Shown: positions 23,843 through 45,408 of the stretch, piece after piece
Position numbering within the stretch: position 1 is the first letter of the stretch
How the letters are laid out: the number at the start of each line of letters is the position of its first letter
Source of the DNA: Chlorokybus atmophyticus
Lineage: Eukaryota > Plantae > Mesostigma and Chlorokybus algae
Assembly (NCBI GenBank): GCA_009103225.1
Contig: RHPI01001737.1
Location: 802,091 to 866,090 of the forward strand
Length of the DNA: 64,000 nucleotides
Direction of reading: 5' to 3'
Translations under genes and position numbers: made by a program
The notes under the pieces: model-generated
What the model saw: only the letters and a program-made list of their open reading frames with translations
Told to the model about the DNA's origin: nothing
The model's database searches: none

Positions 23843-26800
23843 TTACACAGCATGGGTCTGTTGGTCGTGCGCAGCCTGCATTTCAAAGAGAACAGCCTGG
23901 CGCTCCAGCTGCAGCAACAATTTGAGCTGCGATTGGGTGAACAGCTGATGCAGGTTGCCAGGCCCATTGGCCACAAGCTCAACAGCCTGCAAAGGTACAA
24001 CGCAGGTGTGAATTGACCTTTCAACACAGACGGAAACTATGGATAGACATACAAAACACACTGACCTTGCCAGCGAGCTCAGGATTCACTGATCGTGATC
24101 CCGTCAGCGCAGCAATGGCCACTTCCATTTCCAAACAACGCAGCGCGAGCTCTGGTGCAAGACAGCGCCGGCATAGCCCGACGGCAAGCTGTGACTCCTG
24201 TTGCTGTTCTGCATCTGTGCTGCTGTCGCCTTGGGCACCAACTTCCACCACCACCTCCAGCGAGCACGGACGTATGGTGATGGACGCATCTGGCAGCTCT
24301 CCTTTCACAGCCAGCGATAGCACTCGTGCGAGGACCCCACCTGCTGGCGCTAATAGCGCTTCATCACCTTTACCTGAGAGGACACGAACATGTCGCACAC
24401 AAGGTCTTCGGATACTGCATGCGGGATATGGCATGCTAAATCGCACATACCGAACTTTTGCGCCAGGTGTATGCTCACTAAGTCTCCATCAGAGACCGGT
24501 TCAACCACACAAGTAACTCGAGCTGCATCGCCTGCAGCTTTCACCATAGCATCCTGCACAAATTGGTATTGCATTTGGCTAATCACAAGCTCAAGGGAAA
24601 CCAGTCTGGCTAAACGCAGTACTGTAGCCGGCCGCCCTACCTGTATCGTGAAGTAGTCTTGAGACTGCCCACCAGTCACGGAAGCGACAACGTTTATCAC
24701 CTCCGTACCACTGCAGCTCAACAGCTCATCATCAAGACGTGCGTCGCGAGGCAACTCAAGCCAGGCTTCCTCGCCAGCAAGCAGCTCAACCAGCTGCTCG
24801 AGTGCGCTTTGCGCTGCAGCAACAGCTGCTTCCTTCAAGACAACAGTTGGTACAACACCCTGCCAGTTACAGATATGGTTGAATACGCTTGCCATGCAGA
24901 CAACGCTATGCTTGCTGTCTCCGCGATGCAAACCTGCTTGATTGCCGATGCTGCCTGCCTGCACAACTCCACAGCGTCGCGGTACTCCGCATCACATTCA
25001 AAGTACTGCAACCAGCATCCCAGCTCCCGAATGGCTGCGCTGCCAGAAAGCGCCTCGGCAATGTCTTGAGGAAGTTTGCTCATCAGCAAGGCTGCACCCT
25101 CAGAGCGCGCAGAGACATCCGGAAGCGCCTGCAGCTCTGTGTTCAGGTACTGCAAGTCAACTTGTTCACGCTGTGGCAGCGACGCCAATGCAAACTCCCG
25201 GAAAAGGAGGTTGCTGGCAGACAAACAGAGACATGGTTAGTGCTTGCAGTGTTGTTACAGTGGCGGCAGCGCCAAGCAATACCGTACCTTTGAAAAACGG
25301 CTTTCTGATGCATCTCAACCTGCTTGGTGTTGTTGCCTGCAATTGGGAAGCAGAGCCACTCAATCAAGCGTGCTTTCCTAATCTCAGCCGTTGGTCCAGC
25401 CGAGAAGTCTGCAGGGTACTCTGGCTTGTGCTCTCTTGACTCAGCAATAACCCTGCGAAGCTCATCACATGTTCAGGCGAAAGGCACTAGTCACTGCTTA
25501 TGTACTGCTCCATCTTGCAACGAAGCATTTCTACGACTACATTGCTCTCTATAAGCTGCTCACCTATCGATGATTGCGAAAATGGAGCCAGGGCCTTCTT
25601 GATCAAAGTATTGCAGTGCAGTTTCAAACACTTGCTTCTTGACTTCTTCTTCCGCACCTCGTATGGTGTCCATCAGGATGGTGAAATCATACCGCCGCTT
25701 CTCAAGTCGCAAGAAAGACGCGTATAACGCCACCAAGTTGTACCGGCCGGCACTTATGAGGTGCACAATGTATCTGCACAAATGACATGAGTTCATGCCA
25801 ATAAGCAGCTGTTGACTACTTATAGATACCATGAGTGGCAACACAACCGCTTACGCGTGGACAATCTCATTGAGGTCAAAGTCGAATCCCTCTGATAGCT
25901 CTGTTTCAGGAAGTAGCCTTTGTAGTGCAAGCATAACATGCGCAGCGCAACGAAGCAGCTGTGGAGGACACAACGGCCTGAATACAAAGTGATCAAGTCA
26001 TGTCAGTTACTGTGTGGCGTGTTGAGTTTTGACAAAGTTCTGACCAACATGTGACGATGTTGTGCTGTAGCATGCTGCCCTACCTGCCAGTGTTGGGGTC
26101 TTCTCTAAGCCAGTCATTTAGCACATGCACCAGCTCAGTCCACTGGCAAAGGATGACATGCATCTGCACTTGCCGCTGTGGCTCACGGCATGCCTGTCGG
26201 ACTGCTTCATAAGGACTGGGGAAGAAATGCATGTGTGAGCACAGCTACTTGACAATGAGCGTCAAGGCTACCAAGGTGCATGACGAGTGCCAGCTGATTA
26301 CCTGGACGCAAGCTGGCGGAAAATCTCCTCAGCTTCAGCTGGCTGCTGCGCGCAAACCTGTGCAAGCGGCCAGTCGCCAACCCGACCAGTGTCTATCGTA
26401 CCCAGTGAGTAAACGGTGAGGACCATTGCCAGACACTTGACCCAACACATATGCACAAACAATGGTACAACACATAATGCGCAGTAGTTGCACTGCAAGG
26501 TCGTACTCTTGGGTGCATCGCGTTCGTCATCATCCTTGGAGACACTCTGTGCGAGATGTTGATCCACTCGGACGTCCAACCACGATCGAAACATCGCCCA
26601 GCACGCTGACTCCCAGTCACGGGAAGCTGCAAGCATGCGCATCGTATTGCTGCAGAGCGACCCATAGATGGCTGACTCCAGCTCTCCTGTTGACTGCTCC
26701 TCGGCCAGCATCTGATGATCCACATGACTGTTGAGCATATTAGACTGCCCCCAAAGCAAAAGGAACACACCCGGCTGCATGTGACCTACCTCTGATGCTT

Positions 26801-28829
26801 TGAAGCATGACCACTTCCACAGAAAACGTTGGCGCAGTGTGCCATTTTCAAGCTCAATGGCGATATCCTCATTGGTATCATTGATCTCTGCCTGCATGAG
26901 AGGAGTGGGACCAGAGTCACCACAACCACCCAAGCTTGCGGCACGCCAGTCCTGAAGCCAGCAGAGTCAGTATACATCTCAACCTGCACTATCAGGCATG
27001 TGATGGCCAACTTACCTGCCCAACATGTCTGCACAAAGCGCGTGCTTGGCCAAGCTGACCAGCCCGAATCCTCCGCCAGACAGCAGACAGGAGGCGGACT
27101 TCACTAGACTGATTGTCTGGGTGCAAGGTTTTACCCTCGCGTGTTGGAGCATCAGGATCCAGCTCTGATACGAGGTCACTGGTTGCTTGCTTCAACTCCA
27201 GCGCTGTTCGCGTCTCTCGCCAGACAGCAGATCCGTCTGTGTACTGATCAGCCTGGCAAGACAGTCAAGAGCAATCTTAAAGTGCACATGTCTCAATGAT
27301 GACTAATGCACAGGCTATACACAAAGTGCAACAGTACAGTACAACACATCTTGGGTAAATCCAAACTGTGTTGTACTGAACCAGTAATCAACCTGATCTG
27401 CACGCAGTTGCTCAGCCGCCATTGCCTCCAGCCAGGACACGGTGCATGCACACTGCCAGGTGAGAGGGTCTTTACTTGGATGGATGGCGGCGGCAGCTTT
27501 GGCTGTTGACGTCATGAACTCGTTGTCATCGTATCTCTGTGGGGTATACCATAGCCGATGCCACAGTAGACGCCATGTTGCTGCTTCCGCATCCAGCAGC
27601 TGTGCCAAACGCTCAAGCAGGAGCTCCCGGGTTGTGCTGTGCAGTGCCTGGGTGCTTTGCTGCCTACCATCGTAATGGATGAACAATGCTATGTGTGAGA
27701 GCGAGGTAGCAGTGGTTGACATCCGCTGAGACACACTAGGCTGTGCTGCAGGCAGCCACAACATACCGTGGGGATGTGGTTAGCAATCTACGAGTCATTC
27801 TTACCGGAGCTCTCGGCTTCGTCGCCTGCAAACTGTTTCAAACTCTAGTAAGGCTGCTCCAACTTCCATGTCACCGGAAGCAACCTCATCCCAAATCTCC
27901 TTGAACTCCACCTCCTCTGCGCGCAACTCATTGTCGTCTTCCGCCATTTGCAGAGACGTAACAGCTGCGTCGTGCATCGGCTGCAGCCTCCCCTCCGAAA
28001 AGCCGTGACGAGCAGAGCTTGGCGGAGCATCCGCTAACACCATCTGCCTCTCTTGCATTGGAGTCTGGCGATAGGCGGGCATTGGCGTGGATTGCCTATA
28101 GTCAGCAAACCCTGGAGTCTGCATGGATTGGCGGACAGACCTGCACAATTGTTGTGATTGAACCTCTTTAGTGAGCTAAGCGGTGGTGACGCTGTAAGAT
28201 GCAATGCAGAAGTATTGTGTGCAAACAAACCTGCGGTCAGGACGCGGGCGATACCAGTTGTTTGACGGTGAATACATGTCTGCGAGGTCGTCATCCTCCT
28301 CTTCATCTGCTTCAGCCATCTCAGGACTGCCCGGAGTTGCGCCGTAAGCTTGTCGCACCGGCGACCAGTTTGCAGGCGCTCCCATGCTGGCATCCTCGTC
28401 ATAGTCATCCTCTCCCATCAACTCATCTATGGTGCCTATTGGTGGAGCCGGAAGCTGCGACCTGCGAAATAAACAAAAGCGATGCCCTCAGTGTTACGCG
28501 CTCCACTCATCTCATCTGCATACGTCTGCCTTCTTACACGCATGCATTCACTGTCCAAACGTGTTCTCGTTAACGTGGTAAACCAAAACGCCCTTGACTG
28601 AAAGAAAAACATCTACACGCAATCCTGAGCGCGGCCAAGGCAGGCAATGCACCCTAGCAGCTCGGTGCACGGCATTGAACGGCAATGCTTCCTGTTTTTG
28701 TCTCACGAGGGTGTGCAGTATGCCGGCATGCAAAACAAACGACGTGCTGCTTAGTTTGCAACCAAATGAGCCTTGTGGTTACCTGTCTTGGTCAGCAGCA
28801 GCCCACCGCATGTACCGGGAAGCAGCCAT
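23843..28829 (-). CDS. NUP107: Nuclear pore complex protein Nup107/Nup84
   Basis: Motifs ELDPDAPTREGKTLHPDNQ...VWRRIRAGQLGQARALCRHVGQ.WRAASLGG, RFLWKWSC, ESAIYGSLCSN...DWESACWAMFRSW. First exon MAASRYMRWAAADQDR (ATG at 28829); last exon ends QAAHDQQTHAV-stop at 23843. Confidence 0.9.
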
Positions 28830-29027
28830 GACGGTGAACGGCCGCAGGCACAAGCCGCGAGCAAAACACCGCTGAGCGTCGCGGCAGATACTACAATCAA
28901 CGACACTGCAAAACGAATGTCACATTGATTATGGCAACCGCCCGCCGCATGCCGACCACGCCCTCGACCCCAGCAATGCCGCCGCCGCCGCTGTGCCTTG
29001 GCGCAAATTTCGCAAAGCAGGGCTGCA

Positions 29028-29196
29028 TTCAGTGCCTTAACGCTTGCGTTCTGCCTTAACCAAACAAAGCCAGGTTCAATGCCTGAATCTCAACGCCGTT
29101 CATCATTACGGCACCAAGAAGGCACTGAACTAGAGACAAGCGGGTAATTCAGTGCCTTAATCAATCACGTATTCAGACTGGCGTTCAGTGTCTTAA
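29028..29196. promoter_or_regulatory. Cluster of six TTCAGTGCCTTAA-like motifs in the 434-bp divergent intergenic region between NUP107 and ACAD8
   Basis: Exact copies at 29028-29040 and 29148-29160; variants at 29049-29059, 29075-29087 and 29184-29196; a reverse copy at 29119-29129. Regulatory function is inferred from position only. Confidence 0.45.
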
Positions 29197-29263
29197 TGAG
29201 CGCCACGTAGGAATGCTGTTGGCAGCAGTAGTGTGGTTGTTTGCCACGTGGGAGTGTGGCGGG

Positions 29264-32998
<3,735 letters not shown>

Positions 32999-33516
32999 AG
33001 TTGCACTTGTTTAGGATGTGACCACCATATTGCCATGCTGTTATATCAGCAAGGTTAACAGCCTGTTAGACTTGGCAATAACACAGGAGTTAAACATGCA
33101 GAGATGATGCACGCCCACCATGCCCACAAGAACAGGAGATAGCGTGGCAGGCTGGTATGAGTCAAGATGCAAACCAATAAATCTAAGCTGCCACAACACA
33201 CCCACATGTACATTGTTCAAAGCACTGTTGTATGCGAGGTGATCATTGTGATGTGTTTGCACCCAAACATGGTGTCATGAAAGCGTGCGGTAAACGGCAT
33301 CAACTTGTCTGTTAAACACAGCAAATTGGTACTCACGACACACAATGTAATTGCCTGTCCAGAATTGGCCAACACTACATCAAACCGCTGTACTTATTGT
33401 TGTGTTACTGAAGCCAGCTTTCAAACGAATGAGCAGCAATGACCATGGCTGATGGTGTACTGCATGCTGGGACCGGCAGAAAAAGTATATATCATAGCAG
33501 CTGCTGCCTGGCGGAG

Positions 33517-34963
33517 TTACTGTTGCAGGAGCAGCTGGTGGACTTGGTAGACGGAAGCTGGGCCGCCAACAAGGGGGCGGTACTTCAGGATGTTCTGAAA
33601 CAACATGACACAACTGAGCACATACTTGGATGTGACCTTGCATGTATGCAATGCCCACTGCATTTTTGTACATAACCACAGCCGCACACCAATCAAACAG
33701 CCCGAGACAACTGGACTACAAGTTGGTGAAGCAATGTGACCAGTGTGACGCAAAACATTACACCATACCTGAAGGCCGGCGGCGTAGTCGGGGCGCTGGT
33801 TGGCAGTAACGTAAGCCTCTTTTGACTCCCACTGCGCGTAGTTGAAGGCACGTGTGCGGTCGTTGGAGACGTGGAAATTGGCCGACACGAAGCCAGGAGA
33901 TGAGGCCACGGTGTCAATGAACTTGCCGATGTCGATCAGCAGCTCATCTATCTGCGAAGAGGAGTCCACCTGCCCCAGGCACAACAGGGTGAGTAAGTGA
34001 GTGGGTGGGCGCGCGCATGCACGCACGCGTATGCATGTTTGTGTAGGCTGTACAATCAGTATATTGGATACTGCCGTTGAACATTCACAGACACGGCCCA
34101 CTCACCTGAAACATCACCAGGACCACAATGCTGTTGTGCGATGCGGTGATGGAGGTGGGCTGATCACCACGGGTGGCACTGCACACAACAAAAAGTCAAT
34201 GTCACACGTCTTAATATTGCAACTGTTTTCAACGCATCACTGTTGCGTACTGCACTGTGAAGGCGCTCTTGAGGTCCCACACTGGCGGGTCGGGCACGAG
34301 GTTGTTCTTCAGCAGCAGCGACGCCGCTTGGGCAATGTCAGGCACTTGGCTTGCAGTCACAAACGCCTGCCAAAGACACAAACACATAAACACAAACACA
34401 AGTTGCGGTCACAACGATGTGTCCATGTGGTCACGTGCATGCAGAAATACAACACCTACCTCTTGGTTGGCCCACTGGACATAGTTGAAGAACATGGAGC
34501 CGTCCAAGCTCTCATGCATGACGGCGGAGACGAAGCCAGGCTGCTTCACGAGCATCTGGTTGAGGTGCTCCAAGCCCCTGTACAACCATAGTTATGTTGG
34601 GCATCACACTCACAAGAGCTTGGCTTAGCAGTTCAGTGTCTCAGCTAACAAGAAACTTTACGTACTTGGCGAGCACAGGCTGCTCCTCCTTGACAGCAGT
34701 CTTGAGTACGTTGAGGTTGATGGTGTAGCCGGCATCCTTGGTGATGGTCGCTGCATAGCCGCTGCAACACACAGAGCAGGAAGCAGTGACAACACTTGCA
34801 CACCAGCATTGCATGCAAGCACACACGTCAAATGTACTATGAAGCCCTATTAACCTACCTCCAAAGCTTTCAAGCTTATCGTCTTCATGCACAATGCGAG
34901 CAAAGAGCGACAGAGAGTCCAAGCAACTTTCAGAGATGGATGGAAAATGTACCTGTCTGCCAT
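33517..34963 (-). CDS. Tandem two-domain antibiotic biosynthesis monooxygenase (ABM, dimeric alpha/beta barrel)-like protein; possible N-terminal extension to ATG 35176
   Basis: Spliced product: MADSGYAATITKDAGYTINLNVLKT...QPGFVSAVMHESLDGSMFFNYVQWANQE (domain 1) and ...SITASHNSIVVLVMFQV...SPGFVSANFHVSNDRTRAFNYAQWESKE (domain 2). All intron phases join in frame; stop at 33517. Confidence 0.82.
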
Positions 34964-35331
34964 GGTGGAGGCGGCGGAGGAGGCGGCTCGTGTGACGCGG
35001 ACGACCGTGCGACGCTGAGAGGCGGCGCTACCAGCAGCAACCTGCTGCTGCTGCTGCTGGAGGAAGCGGCGGCGGCGCTGCTGCTCCTGCTGGACCTGAC
35101 GCTGCTTGGCAGCCTGGTGCTCCTGCTCCTCCCTCCGCCGCTGCTTCAGCAGCCTGTCGGTGACCAGGTGTATCATGCGACAACCCTACCCTTCAGGACA
35201 GTGACGACAATAACAACAAGGATAACGACGCCGCCGCTGCTGCTGACAACACACTTGCCGACAGTGGCGACAATGACGACAATAATGGCGACGTCACAGC
35301 TGAGGTAACGGCCACCTGCCACGTGGCTGGC

Positions 35332-37255
35332 ATGCAGGGGTACCTGGCGGGGGCGGCGGCGGCGGCGGGGCTGGATCGGAGGAGGAGCATGGCGGGCGGG
35401 GTGGTCATCGTGCAGGGGGCCGATGCGGCGGTGGAGGAGCTGAGCACCCTGGGCGGCATGGCCATGGTGTCCGTCCTGCACTCCCTCATGCCCACGCACT
35501 GGCTGCCCTTCGTCGCCGTTGGCAGAGCCCAGCAGTGGAAGCTACCCACTACCCTCGCCGTCACCGCCGCCGGTGCCATAGGTAAGCCCTCTTAGCCCTC
35601 GTCGTTGTCCTCCTCCTACTACTACTCGTCAAGCACACTCGCAGTGACGTTGCTTGGATTAGCCTAGACTTTATACCCTTTGTGAACGGTGACTCAGCCG
35701 CTAGGCTACTGATGATTTTTGTAGGTACCAATCCTAGGGTTGGTACCTACAAGGTCAGCCACATGCCCAGGCATGCGGCCGACGTTTTGCAGTGGAAGCC
35801 TGTGGCAGCATGTGTAAGCAGTAAGCAGCAGTGTACCTAGATTTTAACTGAGCGAGCCTTTTCACAGTCACATTGCAAGTCCGAGCCGCATTAGTTAACA
35901 ACAGCGGACGTTGGCTTCGTACGTACTTCAGCGCAGTTGTTATTGTTACTTACATCAACAGCTACGACATTAGGTAGAGCAGCGTCACCTTAGCAGTGCA
36001 AGGTTGTGGTTGCATTGCATTACCATCGGTTACGATGTAAGAGATCTGGTACTAAGCTCTGCCAAAACGTCTAAGTGACACGCAGTTGCTGCTTGGATTT
36101 GGTGGTGTATGTACAGCATGCTGAGCTGACTTGACGTCCAGACGTCTTTCGTGTCGCGGTTGTTGGCAATACACAAAGCAGCGTTTTGATATGTTAACTT
36201 CAACGCTTAGTTGCTCCTAACAGCTGTTATTGCCACTCGCAGGCCACACAGTCTCAACGTCCGTGCTGGGGCTGGTGGCCGCGGGTGCAGCGCAAAGCCT
36301 CTTTCCGGAGCAGATTGTGCACGGTTTTGCGTCCGCACTGCTCGTCTTGATGGGCCTCTCTTACGTTTACCAGTGGGCAACAGGGCGACACTCGTCGCAT
36401 TGCGGGCACACTCATCTACCAACCTCGATGTGAGAGCCACGCACGTGCCATACCTCTGCAACCTTGTGTGTGTTTACGTTCAGGCCAGTGCATGTGTGCG
36501 TGCGTGCCATGTGTTGTCTACTACTGATCCGTTTATTTGCCGCTGCATATGTGCAACCATTGCATGGCTGATGCTCACCCTGAAATGTTGGTTGTGGTTT
36601 TTCCGTTTGCCTCTCGCAGCCTAGCGAATGGGAAACTGTCAACACCTCAAAATGACAACGGCAAAGGAGACGGGAAGGACGGCAAGGAGAGCGATCAACC
36701 ACAGATGAGCAGGATGGCCGTCTTGGGTTTGGTGAGTGATCCTAAGTACACGTAATCAGCCAATACTGCGATCTCATTACTGGTTGTTGAGCTTTCTTTC
36801 AGTAGTAGCACACTCCAAGAGTTGCTTTGAGTGCATGTACTGTCGTGGGCGTGCCACTAGGTAAATGCACAGTGACCTGATTTGTGTTGGCAGTTTAGTG
36901 TTAATAGTGGTTGATACTCGCCCAGGTGATGGTGCCCACATTGACGCCGTGCGCGACGACGTTACCCATGTTCCTCGCGGTCTCCGACAACCCGGACGGC
37001 AGCCTCATACTCCTGTGCCTGGTTCTCCTGGTGTGCACTCTGAGCGTGATGACGACGCTCGTGGCGCTGTCGAGTCTGGGCGCCTCGAGGCTGAAGCTGG
37101 ACTTCATGAGCCGGGGCGCCGACAAACTGCTCGTCGGGGTGTGCCTCATCCTGGTGGGCTTCGCTACCGTGCTGCTGCACGATCACTCGCACCATCATCG
37201 GGCTGATGATGGTCATCAGCATGGGATGGAGGGTGAGCATCACCATGATGCGTGA
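35332..37255 (+). CDS. RcnA/NiCoT/UreH-like multi-pass membrane protein with His-rich segments (putative Ni/Co transporter family)
   Basis: Four exons (about 35332-35581, 36243-36430, 36621-36731, 36926-37255). Motifs VSVLHSLMPTHWLPF..VGRAQQW and VPTLTPCATTLPMFLAV; several hydrophobic helices; His loop HSSHCGHTH and tail HDHSHHHRADDGHQHGMEGEHHHDA. The start could also be ATG 35389 or lie further upstream. Confidence 0.8.
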
Positions 37256-37840
37256 GGTAGGGCGCGGAGATGCACGCACGACGTACTGTAATAATGCACT
37301 TGTACATTTGGTCACATCTATTAAGGTTGAGTTCTTTTCAGCCGCACGGTATTTGTAACAGTATGCAGAGTAGATACGCTTTGATAACCTTAGCTCAGCT
37401 TGCTTGCTTGCGTGTTTGGAGCTTTCTACAAGCATGTACAACCATTTGACATTACAGGGAGTATTGTCCATACATCTTGTAAATTGCTGCAAGCTTTGCT
37501 GAGGTTGTGAAAAACTCTTTGAGCATTTAGTTAGGGCTCATCAACATTGGTTAGCATCGCAACTCACACAACTTACAACTATGTCAATCTAATCACCTCG
37601 CTGCCGCCTGCGAGGGCGCCGCTTAAGCAGCGACTGTTCTTCGGGCTCAGGGGGCTGTATCGCAATCTGAGCATCAGACAGAAACAATGAAGACTCACTT
37701 AGCATCCCCTCAATGCCACAACGCAACAACACTCTTGTGCATGCGAGCGTGCCTGTTGTTCAACGGGCGCGTGCGGTGGTTGCGAGCTTGTGCTGTGCGT
37801 GGACGTTGGCCTGCTTTGTGATGTTGCGTCATGCGCACTC

Positions 37841-44635
<6,795 letters not shown>

Positions 44636-45408
44636 CGCGGCCACTCGCGGTGTTGAAGCAGCAGAGATATGTCAGACGTCTCAGATATCTGCTTCTGAAG
44701 AGTGCACATCCTCAGATACTGAGCAGGGAGAGCAGCAGATATCGTCGCATCACGTGAGGCAATGGGGCCGATCAACAACGCTGCCATCCGATCCAACCCA
44801 ATCGTACGGTTTGGGGAAAGGTAGCGCGACGGGACTATAATAAGCACGCTTCTGATTGATGCAAGGGACTGGCTGACGAGCACAACGCCGACACGGCGGC
44901 GGCGGAGGAGGAGGAGAAGGAGAAGGACGAGGACAAGGACAAGGAGGAGCGTCAAGGTGAAAAGGATTTCTAAGTCAGTAGAGGGAAAGGGAAGGAATAT
45001 CACAATGCGAGAGAGACTTAGTGTGAGCTGTTGCTCCTCAGCTCTGTCTTAGTTAGTAGAGGTGGGGAGCTCACCTGCTTGACCACCTGAGCCCCAGAGA
45101 AAAGAACGGTTAGGCCTGCCGGTTGTTCTCCCCACTGAACATCCAGCTGCAAGTGTTTAGCAAAACGAACACAACAACCCAGAACAGGATCTCAGTCAGC
45201 GGCAAAGCAGGACGTCAGCCCCCACGCTTGTTGTAGGTCAAGTCCGTCAGCAGCTTGAACTCCTCAGATGCCAAACAGAGAGTCCAGCGCCAGTTACAGA
45301 GCAGCATCGAGATCAGTAAAGCAGTAATAGTCCCCCCAATACTAGTGTTATGCCTTAGCCCATTCCAGAGAGGTTGTCCGAGATTCTTAACCCTATCCCT
45401 CCTCCACG

